From: a virus
Lineage: Duplodnaviria > Caudoviricetes
Virus record (IMG/VR): IMGVR_UViG_3300037047_000283
Location: 1 to 63,467 of that record
Direction: 5' to 3' (one strand)
Length of the DNA stretch: 63,467 bases
In this document: positions 45,157 to 56,520 of the stretch, piece by piece
Layout of the letters: every line of letters starts with the position of its first letter
Numbering within the stretch: position 1 is the stretch's first letter
Program-made: the position numbers and the translations under genes
Notes under the pieces: model-generated
The model's input: the letters and a program-made list of their open reading frames with translations, nothing else
The model's database searches: none
What the model was told of the DNA's origin: nothing

Positions 45157-46020
45157 TCAGTCTCCTATTTCGATGGTGGTAATTTTTTGTTCACTTATTT
45201 CGTTGCTGATTGCGCCCGCCTTGCTCAACATCTTTTCCACCAGAAGTTCTTGCCAGTATCCTCTTCGATGGCTTGTCTTCCCGTGGCACGGAGTGCAGAG
45301 CGCTATCAGGTTGTCGTGACTAAGGTTGTGCTTGTCGTAATTTATGTGATGGACTGGCATCCTCCGCTTTGTGTACGGTTGCCCGCATATCTGACAGATG
45401 AATCCGTCCCGTGCTCTGATCGTGTTTCGTAACTCTTCGTTCCATTCTTGCGGTCTTGCTTCGAATGTCCTGCCATCTATCCAGTGAGGGCTGTTTTCCC
45501 CGGTGTAGTATTTCGGCTGGCAGTTGACGCACCGATATGGGAGATCGCGTTGTTCAAATTTATTGGCCCATGTTCTGTCGTAGCGTTTTTCTGCTCCGCA
45601 ATCTCGACAGACCATGATCTTTGATCCGCCCTTCCAGTTGGGGTTGTGTTCTCCTGTGCGGATCTTCTTGACCTTCTTTTTTTCGCCACCTCGCCAGTTC
45701 GGGTTCATTTCCCCTGTTGGCGTGCGGTAGCAGTCTCGGCAGACATACTTTTCGCTTTTAAATTTACTGATCTCCCATGCTGCCGCCTGTCGTTCTTTTC
45801 CGCACTTTGTGCATTTTATCGTTGTCTTCCCTCCCCTGTAGCCGAGGGCGTTCTCTCCGACTCTGTGCTTCACTGTGCAGCTCTTGCATCGGTATGGATT
45901 TTTCAGCTGTATCGCTTCGTGCCTTTTGTAGATCTTCTCTGCTCCGCAAGACGTGCAGGCCGCGATGACTTTGCAGCCTTTGAATATTGGGAACCTGTCT
46001 TGCTCGCAGCCATCATTCAT
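45157..46020 (-). CDS. HNH homing endonuclease with Zn-finger/NPNWKGG repeats
   Basis: RDGFICQICG..VHHI..NLIALC..CH; repeated CxxC and NPNW[RK]GG. Confidence 0.85.
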   Translation of the reverse strand: MNDGCEQDRFPIFKGCKVIAACTSCGAEKIYKRHEAIQLKNPYRCKSCTVKHRVGENALGYRGGKTTIKCTKCGKERQAAAWEISKFKSEKYVCRDCYRTPTGEMNPNWRGGEKKKVKKIRTGEHNPNWKGGSKIMVCRDCGAEKRYDRTWANKFEQRDLPYRCVNCQPKYYTGENSPHWIDGRTFEARPQEWNEELRNTIRARDGFICQICGQPYTKRRMPVHHINYDKHNLSHDNLIALCTPCHGKTSHRRGYWQELLVEKMLSKAGAISNEISEQKITTIEIGD

Positions 46021-47692
46021 CTATTGTTATCTCGATAAATTTCTTGCTCTTCTTTTTTTTGAATGACTTCTGGACGTCTTCGCCTTGATCGTCCTGTTGA
46101 TCGTCTTGTGGTTGGCTTAACATCTGGAAAGTATTAATATAATTTGTCACAGGAACATCAGCAGGGTAGTTATATGGGTTACTATCGTCGTCAAGACTCC
46201 CGATTATGTCGCGATTTTCTTCCATCCGTGCCTCGTTCCGGGTAATCCATTTACTGACACGTTGCGTCCGCAAGTCTACTGTTAACTTCTCGTCATCCTT
46301 CTCGATGCCGGTGACGATCAGCTTCAGGTCGTCGTAGCGGGGCTTGATGATCGCGTCCGTGAACCAGTCGGCCATATCCTCGATCGACGGTATCAGGCTC
46401 AACTCCTTGTTGAACTCGATCTCGTCGATCGGGCTGGCGCTGCTGAGTGCCGAGCCGCCCTGTCCGGAGTCCATCTGCATGTTCAGGGTGCTGGGGTGGG
46501 CGCCATACGCGGCGCACTTGATCATGATCAGCAGCCGGACGAATTCGTTGAACAGCATGTCCTTCGGCGTGTCGCGGAGTTTGTGCGCCTCGATCTTGAA
46601 GCCGTCGACGCTGCCGCTGGGGATGACCGGCAGGCGCCAGTAGTTGCCGGCGCCGTGGGTGTCGCCGATCAGCATCTGCTTGAAGGCCTGCAGGCCTTCC
46701 TTGTCGAAGTCACCGGCCACCGACAGGATCGCTTCCGGGTAGTTGGTCTTGAACATCTCCCGGTTGAAGCTCCATGCGGCCATGAGCGTGGCGGTGACTT
46801 CGAGGCTGATTTCGAGGCGGCTGATGCCGTAGCCGAAGGTGTTGATTTCGTCGCTGGGGTTGGACAGGTGGATGCTGAGTTCGTCGGAGGTGAAGGCGTC
46901 AACGAGCATGCCGTCGACGATCTGGACGTAGCTGGATTTGGTCATGTCGAAGCCAGTCGCTTCTGACATGCGGTAGGCGGTGGCGGCGTTGACCGTCTTC
47001 TTGCCGCCGTTGTTTTTGGCGTTCTTGGCGGCCCACTCCTTCATCGCCTCGTCGACGTTCTTGACCGTCTCGCCCGGCAGCGCATAAAAAGCGGCGTAGC
47101 CTTTGCCGTCGGCTCGCTTCATGCGGCGGATGCACTTGCGGTCAATGATCAGCTCGGTCTTGGTCAGGGAGGCGGCCAGCTCTTTGATGCGGCCATGCGG
47201 GCGGACCCGGTTCGGGTAGAACTGAGTGTACTTCTCCGGGCACGGGTCGTCGACCAGCGATTCCATTTCGCGGCAGCGGGCGTCGATCTCCTTGCTCCCC
47301 TTGAACGTCGGGTCGTCGTGGCGGACGTGGACGACCTTGAAGCCGATCTTCGCCGGGTCGTAAGTCCGCTTCCAGATGCGTTTCATCTGGTCCACTCTGG
47401 CCCGGATGAGGATGCCGTCGACGAACGATTGCCGGGACGCTTGGTAGAGGGTGCGGAAGCCCGGCGTTCCCTGCGGCTTCTCCCTTGCGCCGTAGAGGGA
47501 CATATTTTGCAGCATGTATTTGGAGAAGAGTGTGCCGCGTTTCTCCTCCTCTTCAGCTGCAATTTTGCGGGATTCTTCTGCGACCGCCTTGTTCAGCGAA
47601 TCAATGCTCCGCGAAGAGACTAGAAGTCCCGCCGGAGTCTCCATCATGCCGCCTGCGCGTGGAAGCGCTTTTTTCAGATCGTCTTTGTCCAT
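46013..47692 (-). CDS. portal protein
   Basis: 559 aa; YGISRLE, DMLF.EF...ICAAYG..P, ITRNEAR portal motifs. Confidence 0.85.
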   Translation of the reverse strand: MDKDDLKKALPRAGGMMETPAGLLVSSRSIDSLNKAVAEESRKIAAEEEEKRGTLFSKYMLQNMSLYGAREKPQGTPGFRTLYQASRQSFVDGILIRARVDQMKRIWKRTYDPAKIGFKVVHVRHDDPTFKGSKEIDARCREMESLVDDPCPEKYTQFYPNRVRPHGRIKELAASLTKTELIIDRKCIRRMKRADGKGYAAFYALPGETVKNVDEAMKEWAAKNAKNNGGKKTVNAATAYRMSEATGFDMTKSSYVQIVDGMLVDAFTSDELSIHLSNPSDEINTFGYGISRLEISLEVTATLMAAWSFNREMFKTNYPEAILSVAGDFDKEGLQAFKQMLIGDTHGAGNYWRLPVIPSGSVDGFKIEAHKLRDTPKDMLFNEFVRLLIMIKCAAYGAHPSTLNMQMDSGQGGSALSSASPIDEIEFNKELSLIPSIEDMADWFTDAIIKPRYDDLKLIVTGIEKDDEKLTVDLRTQRVSKWITRNEARMEENRDIIGSLDDDSNPYNYPADVPVTNYINTFQMLSQPQDDQQDDQGEDVQKSFKKKKSKKFIEITIDE

Positions 47693-50600
47693 GCTGACGA
47701 TTATCTGTGTTTCCGTTCCCTATATCAATTTTTTTGCTCATTTCTTCATCCCAAGGTCTTGATTCTATGACCTCTCCGGAGAAGGCTTTTTTGTAGGCGT
47801 GGATGATGCGTTGCTCTTCCGGGGTTTTGTCTTTGAGGTGGGGGAGTTCGCTGCGGAGGTAGATCGGGCGGCTGTCGCATTTCATGCGGATGGAGGCGTA
47901 TTGCTCCCAGCCGTCGACTACCCAGACCTCGTCTTGCAGGTTGGCGCTGTTGATGAGGAGGACGCCGGGGAGGTTCACTTGGCGCAATCGATGGTCGTGA
48001 AGGAGATTCCCTTTGTCGCGGTCAGCACCTTGACGCCATCGCCGACTGCGGACTGGACGATCCGCCTCGCTTCTTCAGCGCAGTGTAGGCTGGTGTCGTC
48101 TTGGTTGAAGTGGACGACGAGGACGTCTCCCTCCTTGACCCGCAGCCGAGTGACGTCCGGGCGCTGGCCTCTGCGGGTGCGGTTGCTGCGGCTTCTCATG
48201 GCTTTCTCTCCTTGAACTCTTTGTTGCCACTCTTTTGTCCGAAGCGATGGAGAGGTGGGAGGGTTCTTCTCTCACGGACGACATCAGGCTGCGGCTTATA
48301 CATGGTGTACTGGTCGCGGAATGTGTCTGGGGTGATGGTGACGTCCCAGTTTGGTTCTATCTTCGCGATGAATTCTCTGACGTCGGACGGGCGGGGACCG
48401 CCGATCCTGTCGAGGCCGGTGAGTTCCTGCGCTGCGGCTTCCATCATGTCCCGCAATGAAATGACGATGGCATGTCCGGGCGGCAGGGCTGTGGCCAGTT
48501 GCATCAGTTGGATTTGTGTCATGCGTGCTCCTTCCCTGCCGGCGTCTGGTCCTTGCAGGTGTTCCGGGGCTTTCCGACGAGGACGCAGCGCGGCAGCTCC
48601 AGCGTGTCGCCGCGTCGTTCCGGGTGGCCGCAGCAGTTGTCGTGCTCGTGGACGCAGTCGGCGTTCTGGTGCATGGTCATCGTTGGTTGTTCCACCACTG
48701 TTGCTCCTTGATCTCTTTGTCCAGCTCCCTCAAGGACGGCAGGCCCGGTATCGGGGATGTCCCACAGGTCTGGCATTTGCTGTCGGTGTGGACGTGGTGT
48801 GACGGCCAAATCCTACAACGGCAATGCCAAGGAAAGACGGGCGCCAGTCGCCGGATATTAAAAGTCGGTCCCATCGTTCACCTCGTCGTCGTAGTCTTCC
48901 ATCATGTTCCGCATGGCAATCGTCACCGCGTTCTTGGCGCACTCCAGCGCGTGGTAGTCATGGAGCTGGCTCTGGTACTCGGTCGTCAAGATCTTCTCGA
49001 CCTTCCCTTCGAGGTCTCCCAGCATCCGGGCGCGACGGGTGGTCTTGTTGGGTTCCTCCGAGCGCAGGCAGGCGAGGCTGGAGCAGCAGAGGGAGAGGAG
49101 GACGTCGGCGACTTGGCTCATAGGTACGTCTCGCGGATTTTGTCTCCCAATGTTTTCCCTCTCGTGTTGATAAATGTGCTTTCGTCGGCAGCAAAACGGG
49201 CGATCTCAACCACCATTTCCCGGCTCGCCGCTTCGACCGCCGGCAGTATCATTTCGTGTGTCGGGACGTGGACCCCTTGCGGCTGATCGTGTCCGGGGAT
49301 GCTGCGAATGTCGAATTGTGCTTGCAGCGCTCGCATCCGGTCGGCGATGTTCCCTGCCGGGATGCCCATGTCGGTGCAGAGCATGTGCGCCTCTGAGAGC
49401 CAAGGAGCGTTAGGGCAGCGGGCGGCTTCGAAGGCCGTGGCGGCATCGCGGGCGGCTCCGGCGGTGAATGCGGTGATCGCTGGCTTGCGCTGCGGATCGG
49501 CGAACCAGTCACGGAGTCGTGTCCACTCGCTGGCGGTGATGCTGTCGGGTTGTATGCTCATCTGTTTCCCATCGCCTTGAGGCGTTTCGCGGCCCTCTTG
49601 AGGCGCTTCTTCTCGGCTGCGCTGATGATCTCGACTTGGACGGCTTTGGGCGGCTCCAGTCGCTTCTCCGGGATGCGCGGCATGAATCCGCCGACGTTGA
49701 TGCCCATGCCGGCGCCGATGGCCGAGAGGGCAGCGAGTAGTCCGGGGCCGGTGTGGCCGATGGTTGCTACTCTGATGCCCCTTCGTGGCTCAGGGAGGAT
49801 CGTGCCGAACTGTGGTCCGTCGTCATGCAGCAGCCCGTTTTCGTCTTGTCGATACGCGATGCTCATTGCCTGCTCCCTGCCGGCACCAGCCGCGCGGCGC
49901 TGTTCAGCATGTGCAGCAGATCGGTGAGGCCGACGTCGATGTCCGGCTGCGTGTTCTTTTCCCCTTTTCCTGCCCAAATCTGCACGCGGCCATCGGCCAT
50001 GATGAACGTGTTTCCGTTGACCTCGAAGGCGACTCCGGTGATCTCACTGCCGCTCATCGGCCACCTCGCGTATGCGCCAGCGAGCACTGCGGGCAGGTGA
50101 CCTTCTCCGGGTCCGTCGTCGTCTTGACTTTGCGCGACAGGCGGCAGAGGGTCTTGCCGTCCTTGGCTTCGTAGTGTGTTGTTGCTGCCACTGGTGGCCT
50201 CCTTGGGTTAAACCTCTTCCGTGTAGAGCCGGTGTTTCCAGCCTCTCGACTCGCCCTTGGTAATAATTTCAAGGTGGTCCAATCCCGCCTCGGCTCCGCG
50301 TGTGCTGACAATGCGCTGATCTTCTCCGGTTTCAGGACACTTCAGCAGAACCTTTTGAATAAATTCTTCACTCTTTTTCATATTCTCTGCCCTCTTTCTT
50401 GCTCGTTAAGTTCCCCTCCCCCAGCGACAACCGCTGTTGCCGGGTGCATTCCGCAGCTTCATCCAAAAAGTCGGACCCGGCAGGGAGGGGTTCATCGATT
50501 ATCGTATAATGCCTCGGAGCCCGGTGACTTTCCCCCGTGGCGGCGTCATGACCCGCTCGAACGGTCTTGGCGCCTCCTTGGCTCTGGGGACCGGCGGCAG

Positions 50601-50718
50601 GTATTGACTCTGCATCTCTGCGATCTCCTCTTGCGACAGGGTGCGCACCGGCTCGCATGATTTGGTCTTCTGTGGCTTCCCGCGTCGTAGCCAGCACATC
50701 GTCAGAATGCCTTCGCAT
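47601..50718 (-). CDS. cluster of about 10 small hypothetical genes between portal and MazG
   Basis: Consecutive overlapping minus-strand ORFs (e.g. 47601-47987, 47975-48199, 48196-48522, 48858-49121, 49118-49561, 50368-50718). Confidence 0.5.
47700..47728 (-). promoter_or_regulatory. sigma70-type promoter with conserved motif (likely leaderless portal mRNA)
   Basis: TTGATA-TAGGGAAC(17-nt spacer)-GATAAT, ending 7 nt before the ATG. Confidence 0.6.
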
Positions 50719-51160
50719 GGAGCCGTGGGCGGTCCCGGTTGGCGTCGTTCTTGTCCAGCAGCGCCGCAGCGAATTCCTGCGACCAGCCGTTGCCGCCGAC
50801 GTAGGTCAGTACCCGCAGGACGACATCGGCCAGCTCCTCGATCATCTTGGCACGGTTGCCAATGCGGGACTGATCTCTGTGGTCGGTGGCGTCTCTCTGG
50901 TACTGGCGCAGCTCCTCCATGCATTGTACCAGCTTGACCGAGGCCAGATCGACTCCGTAGCTCTTGCTCGCAGAGACGTGCTCCAGCGCTTCGGCAATCT
51001 CCGTCGCGACCAGCGTGATCTGCGTCCGGTGCATGCTATGGTCGAATCCTTTGGCGCTGCCGATGCGGGCGGCGTCCTGCGCGAGCCCTTCGAGGACGGA
51101 CGCGGCGATCAGGCGAAACTCTGCGGCGTTCATCGGTATCTCGACGAATTCCTCGCTCAT
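50702..51160 (-). CDS. MazG-like NTP pyrophosphohydrolase
   Basis: LVATEIAEALE..EELADVVLRVL..KNDAN.DRP.LH.K.F. Confidence 0.8.
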   Translation of the reverse strand: MSEEFVEIPMNAAEFRLIAASVLEGLAQDAARIGSAKGFDHSMHRTQITLVATEIAEALEHVSASKSYGVDLASVKLVQCMEELRQYQRDATDHRDQSRIGNRAKMIEELADVVLRVLTYVGGNGWSQEFAAALLDKNDANRDRPRLHAKAF

Positions 51161-51456
51161 GCCCGGACCCTCTTGCGGAAGCTGACGGCGGCGGCCTTAC
51201 CGAAGAGCACCTTGGCGGCATCCCGGAGGCGGCACCAGAACGAGTCGTGGCCTTTTTCGAGGCGATTGATCGCACCGGTCAGCTGTGCCTGCTTCAGCTT
51301 GTTGTAGTTTCTGATGGCGCAGGTGCAAGGGACCGGAGACCCGTTTTGGTAGGCTGTATATCCGCGACCGTAGCACTTGCCGCATCCTTTCTTGGCGATG
51401 AAAGCCAGATTTGATTTCTGTCGCTGCTCGTCGCGTTTGCTCTTGGTCTCGGTCAT
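51157..51456 (-). CDS. hypothetical Zn-finger protein
   Basis: CGKCYGRG..PCTC; own promoter at 51485-51513. Confidence 0.6.
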   Translation of the reverse strand: MTETKSKRDEQRQKSNLAFIAKKGCGKCYGRGYTAYQNGSPVPCTCAIRNYNKLKQAQLTGAINRLEKGHDSFWCRLRDAAKVLFGKAAAVSFRKRVRA

Positions 51457-51484
51457 CGGTGGGCTCCTGTCATAAGGTGGCTCG

Positions 51485-51513
51485 ATCTTAACATAGACCG
51501 TTCCCTATACCAA
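51485..51513 (-). promoter_or_regulatory. sigma70-type promoter with conserved motif
   Basis: TTGGTA-TAGGGAAC..TGT-TAAGAT, 17-nt spacer. Confidence 0.55.
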
Positions 51514-51544
51514 ATAAATTATATGCTATTCGGTGCTTTCTTGG

Positions 51545-51787
51545 TCAACGCTTGCACTCGCAATCTACGTCGTTTTCTGCCATCCGGCAGGCGCACTCCT
51601 CGGTGTGGCCACTGGCGATGAATCCGGCGACGAGGAGGTCGTCGTCGTAGCTCTCCGGGACGACGTTGAAGTGGAACAGGAGGCCGCACTTGAGAGCGGC
51701 GGCGGCGACTTGCTGGATCGTGGCGTTGTCGTCCTTGAGCAGCGTTCCGAGGGTAATCAGGCGGTCTCCGAGTTCGGTGTTGGTCAT
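51545..51787 (-). CDS. hypothetical protein
   Basis: ATGA overlap with the upstream gene. Confidence 0.5.
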   Translation of the reverse strand: MTNTELGDRLITLGTLLKDDNATIQQVAAAALKCGLLFHFNVVPESYDDDLLVAGFIASGHTEECACRMAENDVDCECKR

Positions 51788-52368
51788 GGCTGGCTCCTTG
51801 GCATGATGCTGAGGTCGATCGGTTTGATGTAGCCGTCGATTTGCAGCGTGACGGCGACCCGGCCAAGGGGCTTGTGCTCTGGCCCTCCGATTCTGACCGC
51901 GTTGAGACCGGCGCAGAGGTGGGCGACCAGATCGGCATGTCCTACGGCCTCATCCGTCCACGGCGCGGCGATCAGGTCGAAGTCGCGCTTGAGCGAGCCG
52001 TGGATGCCGACCGCATATCCAACCTCTCGCGCCAGTTTCCATATCAGCTGCATGTCGGGCAGCTTCGGGTCTTCCCATCCCGGTGCCGGGTTTTCGTACT
52101 TCGCTGGAGCGACGAGGTTCGGCCATGTCGCATGACCGATTCCTCGCTGATACCACTCGTGCGCGACGGCGTCGATCTCGCCAGCGCAGGCCGAGCACCG
52201 GTATTTGGTTCTAAATGTGACTGGTAGTCGATCGCCGGAAATGGGGACGAATTCATGCTTCGGGCAAGCTCTCAGTCGGTCGTGATTCTCCTTGACCACT
52301 TCCCATATCCTTTTGACTTCTCCTGCTTTAAATCCTGAAACTTTGCTGAGGGCGTCTACTCCGTTCAT
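51784..52368 (-). CDS. hypothetical protein with nucleotidyltransferase-like C-terminus
   Basis: GYAVGIHGSLKRDFDLIAAPW (GS..D.D signature). Confidence 0.55.
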   Translation of the reverse strand: MNGVDALSKVSGFKAGEVKRIWEVVKENHDRLRACPKHEFVPISGDRLPVTFRTKYRCSACAGEIDAVAHEWYQRGIGHATWPNLVAPAKYENPAPGWEDPKLPDMQLIWKLAREVGYAVGIHGSLKRDFDLIAAPWTDEAVGHADLVAHLCAGLNAVRIGGPEHKPLGRVAVTLQIDGYIKPIDLSIMPRSQP

Positions 52369-54371
52369 GGCTTCCTGCACTCCTTCCATCCGTGGTTGTC
52401 GGCCACCTCTTGTGGCGTCTGGCCTTGCTTCACCTTGACGGCGATCCCGCAGGTGCGGCACTGGTATGTCGGCCCGTTGCCGATCTGTGCCCATTCGTGA
52501 CCGTCTTTCGATGTGTCTTCTGCCGGCTTGTAATCACCGAACGGCTTGATGGCGTCCCCGTCCTTGACCCGTGACAGCGCAATCTCGCAATAGAGGTCGG
52601 CGTGGGCGAAGTGTGGATCGATGCCGATGTTCTCGAAGACCATCTTAAACTTCCCCTGCGTCTCATCCTGCATGATCTTGCGCCGGGCGAGCCGTTGCAG
52701 GTGGTCCCAGAAGACGAGGCTGATCGGCTGCGGCGTCGTCCGGGTGCCGTGGTTGTCGCGAATGTCGGCGATCAACGTCCGTTCGTCCGGTTGCTCCTTG
52801 GCGCGGTGGACGTAGAGCATGAGGTTCCATTCGAGGCCGACGAACCGCGAGATGCGGACGGTGAATTTGTTTTTGATCTCAGCTGCCGCCCGGCGCTCGG
52901 CGACCGACTCTTTCGGTCGGTCCCCCCACTCACAGATGTCATCGGCGCCCTGCGATATATAGCTGTAATCCGCCAGCCAGACCCGGCCCGGATAGCGCTT
53001 GGCGAAGCGGCGGGCCTCGTTGATGTTCGGCAGGGCGTCGGCTACGCAAACGCTGACGTCGTACTGGTGCATGAGTTCGTCGCAGCGGAGCCAAGGATCG
53101 TCGGCATAGATGAATTCGAGGTGGACGAGGACCGACTTGCGCAGGCCGTTGTCGCCCATCTTTCCCCGGCGGCGGATCGTGACGACGTTGAAGCCGCCCA
53201 TCTGGTCGATCCCCATCGCGCAGTTCTGTCCGTTGTTCTGCCAGTGCAGGTCGCGATTGATCGTGGCTCGCAGAATCTCCTCGGTGACGATGCGGGCTTC
53301 CGGGGAAAGGTAAGCGACTCCAAGTTTTGAGTTGTGGAATTCCTGCAGGTCGCTGGCGGTCTGGTAGGCGAGGAACAGCTTCTCCGCGTTCTGCCGGCAG
53401 GAGAGTGTTTGGGGGATGTGCCGGCCAAGGATGCGCGACTCCGGATTGTGGGCGATCCACTGCCCCTCTCTGGGATTGACGATCGCTTCGCCGCAGGTCG
53501 GGCAGCAGTAGAAATACTTCGGCAGCTTGGCGAGGCCGGGCGTCAGTCCTTCGCGGCGTTCGGCGATGCAGTTGGGGAATACGTCGGAGAGGACGATCCC
53601 CTCTTTGCAGCCGCACTTGCTGTGGAACTTGTTTTGGTTGCTCTGCTTGAAGTATTTGTCGATGTTCGCGTCCGGGTACCCGGCGGTGCTGAACTTGAAG
53701 TTGATCGGATATGGGCTGTGGCTGATACGCTCCTCGGCTCGCTCGATGTCTCCCTCCATCATCTTGCGAACCTCATCGAAGATGATGGCCAGCATCGGGA
53801 TCGACTCGGTGGAGGTGGCGCCCTGCATGTAGGAGAAGAAGATTTGCGAGGCGCCGATCGATCGCACTCGCTTCTGGTCTGTCTTATTCGTATGGCCGTC
53901 TTCGTCGTAGGGGTTGGTCCCCCAGAGCGGCCTGATCTCCGGGATGCTGCGGACCGTCGGCTTGAAGCGGACGTCGGAGAAGATCATCGCCATCGCTTGG
54001 TCCGGCAGGAAATAGCCAAAGTATTTGGCGTAGAACCGCAGCGCCAGCCATGCGAGCAGCAGGAAGCCGCTGACCGACTTGCCGACCTGCGCTCCGCACA
54101 TCCAGACGCACTTGAGTCCTTCTTCGCTGTGGTCCCCGGTGACGGCGAAGTCCTTATAGGCGTCTATCAAGTATTCGTGTCCGACGTAGGTGAACGGCTC
54201 GTTGTCGACCTTGAGCGTCGGGCGGATGGTCTCGACGAAATCGAAGAGGGAGTTGGGGCAGTTTTTGACGATCTCCGGCATGCGGAGGACGCCGCCACCG
54301 CGACGGGCTTCCAGCTTCTTCTGTGCGAGGCGCTTGAGCGCTTCTCTGGCGAGGGCTTCGTTGTACGCCAT
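52365..54371 (-). CDS. terL: terminase large subunit (gpA-like)
   Basis: Walker A GAQVGKS, Walker B IIFDEV, nuclease MGIDQ, DPHFAHA. Confidence 0.9.
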   Translation of the reverse strand: MAYNEALAREALKRLAQKKLEARRGGGVLRMPEIVKNCPNSLFDFVETIRPTLKVDNEPFTYVGHEYLIDAYKDFAVTGDHSEEGLKCVWMCGAQVGKSVSGFLLLAWLALRFYAKYFGYFLPDQAMAMIFSDVRFKPTVRSIPEIRPLWGTNPYDEDGHTNKTDQKRVRSIGASQIFFSYMQGATSTESIPMLAIIFDEVRKMMEGDIERAEERISHSPYPINFKFSTAGYPDANIDKYFKQSNQNKFHSKCGCKEGIVLSDVFPNCIAERREGLTPGLAKLPKYFYCCPTCGEAIVNPREGQWIAHNPESRILGRHIPQTLSCRQNAEKLFLAYQTASDLQEFHNSKLGVAYLSPEARIVTEEILRATINRDLHWQNNGQNCAMGIDQMGGFNVVTIRRRGKMGDNGLRKSVLVHLEFIYADDPWLRCDELMHQYDVSVCVADALPNINEARRFAKRYPGRVWLADYSYISQGADDICEWGDRPKESVAERRAAAEIKNKFTVRISRFVGLEWNLMLYVHRAKEQPDERTLIADIRDNHGTRTTPQPISLVFWDHLQRLARRKIMQDETQGKFKMVFENIGIDPHFAHADLYCEIALSRVKDGDAIKPFGDYKPAEDTSKDGHEWAQIGNGPTYQCRTCGIAVKVKQGQTPQEVADNHGWKECRKP

Positions 54372-54859
54372 TACTTCTGCCGACGTTTCGGCATCTCGCC
54401 GGTCTGGGCCATGTGCTCCAACTCGGCCTCGGTCAGATCGTCGAAGTTAATGCTTTCCAGTGGCACTTTGTCTTGCCGGGCGTACCGAGCAGCGAACCGG
54501 CGCTCCAGCATCCATGCGTCCGCTCGCCAGTCCGCTTTGCCGGCGCCGTTGACTCTTATCGCCATGTGGGCCTCGGCATATGCGAGCGCCTCACTATAGG
54601 AGTCTAAAAAGTCACGGTATGGCCCCTGTTTTTCCGCCGCTCCTTTCTTGAGCCAGTTATGCAGGGTCGCCTTGCAGATGCCAGCAAAGGAGGCAGCCGT
54701 GTCCGGGTAGACGCTGGCACGGATCGCTGTCAGCATTCTTGAGACGCGCTCCGGGTCCAACTTGTCGGGGCGTCCGTCCTTGCTGCCCGGCTTGAGCACC
54801 TTTTTCGCCAGCTTGCGCTTGGCGCGCTTGGCGACTTCTGTTTGCTTCTTTTTAGTCAT
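54371..54859 (-). CDS. terS: terminase small subunit
   Basis: GRP.KL + HTH (AASFAGICKATLHNW) + WRADAWMLERR; abuts terL. Confidence 0.8.
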   Translation of the reverse strand: MTKKKQTEVAKRAKRKLAKKVLKPGSKDGRPDKLDPERVSRMLTAIRASVYPDTAASFAGICKATLHNWLKKGAAEKQGPYRDFLDSYSEALAYAEAHMAIRVNGAGKADWRADAWMLERRFAARYARQDKVPLESINFDDLTEAELEHMAQTGEMPKRRQK

Positions 54860-54997
54860 CGGTGCCCTCGTTTACCATATCGTGTGTGCGATTTCCGGCT
54901 GACCCGGTGTCCCGCCCGTGGCGTATGGTCATTTTTATATCCGGTTTGGCATAGTTTCCGGCGTTTTCGTGGCCGCCGCGTACCATATCTGATGTTT

Positions 54998-55695
54998 TTA
55001 GGTGGTGCCCCTGTAGACCAGCCCGCAATATCCTTTGCCGGTCTTCGTCATTCTTGCCGGGGTGCCTTCAAGTGCCACCTGCTCGACCCAAGCCATGCAG
55101 CTAAAAGTACTGCAGAAGTGCTTGCTGTTTTTCCCGCAGCAATCCTTTTTCTCTGCCTCTTCCGGAGTGCAGATCATTTGCCACCTTCCAGTACGACGGT
55201 GGTGGTCTCCCCGGTGATGGGCGTAACAGCTGTGGGCGCATTCCCCACCCACGGCACGCACTCGATGTTGCCGTCGTCGGTGAACGTAATCCAGTATCCC
55301 ATGCCGCGAGCGATGATGTTCTTCTCTTCGTCGGTGGCGTCATTGAGGTGGATGGTGTAGAACTTCCCGTGGTCCGTGGTCGCCTTGGCGGCCTCTTCTG
55401 GTCCGGAGAGTTGCTTGCCGTCGACGTCGCTCTTGTAGCTGCGGATCTCCATCATGCCAGCGAAGGGATTCGGGGCGCCGCTGATGTACCACTTGTGCGG
55501 CCATCCATACTTCATGTCCGCCAGCTCCATCCGGGCTCCGGCTTGGATGGCTGCCGCGAGATTGGCCGGGCTCATGGACCCGCAGTAGGCGCAGGTCTCG
55601 AAGGGCCGGGCGGTTCGCAGGGGACTCCCCTTCTCCTGCGTCGGTGGCTGGGGCTGTCTCCATTGATATACTTTGCCGTGGGCGGTGTTGGTCAT
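54998..55695 (-). CDS. two hypothetical genes (54998-55177, 55174-55695)
   Basis: Cys-rich CMAW..GYCGL protein and CAYCGSMSP protein; ATGA coupled. Confidence 0.6.
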
Positions 55696-55729
55696 TTCGT
55701 GCGCTCCTTCGATATAGGGGACAGTCTGG

Positions 55730-56503
55730 TTATAAAAATAGCCGTCCGAGTCTCATTGCGTAGTCGTATGGATCTTTTGCGCCTTTGGACAGGTTGCACT
55801 TGCTGTGGAGCAGTTGGCAGTTGCTGTCTGTGTTCGGGCCTCCCTTTGCCAGCGGGACGATGTGGTCAATGTGGTAGTCACCCTTGAGTGGCTTGCCGCA
55901 GACTCGGCACTTTCCTTTTTGAAGTTCCATGAGGCGTTGTGCGATATCCTTTGAGAGCGTCCCGCCATTTCCTTTTTCTCTGGCCCTTCGCTTGGCGCGG
56001 AGCAACCTCCCTCGTTGTGGATATTTGTCGTTGTAGCTTTTTGCGTACCGAGACACTTTTTCTTGATTCTTTTTTCTGTATTCGTTGTGGTATGCCCTGT
56101 GGACTTCTATGTTTTCCAGTCTTATCAGTCTTCTCTTTTCCAGTATTTCTTCGCGGCACTCGTAATATTTTTCTTTTTTCTTGGCGTTTAACTTTTCCTT
56201 GTTTTCGTGGTGGTGTTGTCGGTGCCTCGCATCAACCGCCTCCTTGTTTTTCCAGTAATTGGCCCTGTTGACCGCTTGCATTCTCTCTTTGTGATCGGCG
56301 TGATATTTCTTTCTGTATTCAGCGAACCATTCTTTGTTTTCTTCGTAATATCGTTTTCTGTTTTCTTTTTCCTTTTCGTAATTTTCTATGTACCGTTTCC
56401 GCCTTTGTTCTCTTTTCCTCTGCTTCTGTTCTTCTGTTAGCGGTTTTTTTGGTGTCTTCGTCATAACTTTCTCCTTGTGTGGCATGCTCCGAACATGCCA
56501 CAC
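55730..56503 (-). CDS. HNH endonuclease
   Basis: C-terminal CRVCG..HIDHIVPLAKGG.N..SN.QLLH.KCN.SK; basic helical repeats; AT-rich. Confidence 0.85.
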   Translation of the reverse strand: MWHVRSMPHKEKVMTKTPKKPLTEEQKQRKREQRRKRYIENYEKEKENRKRYYEENKEWFAEYRKKYHADHKERMQAVNRANYWKNKEAVDARHRQHHHENKEKLNAKKKEKYYECREEILEKRRLIRLENIEVHRAYHNEYRKKNQEKVSRYAKSYNDKYPQRGRLLRAKRRAREKGNGGTLSKDIAQRLMELQKGKCRVCGKPLKGDYHIDHIVPLAKGGPNTDSNCQLLHSKCNLSKGAKDPYDYAMRLGRLFL

Positions 56504-56520
56504 AAGTGCTTAGATATCTA

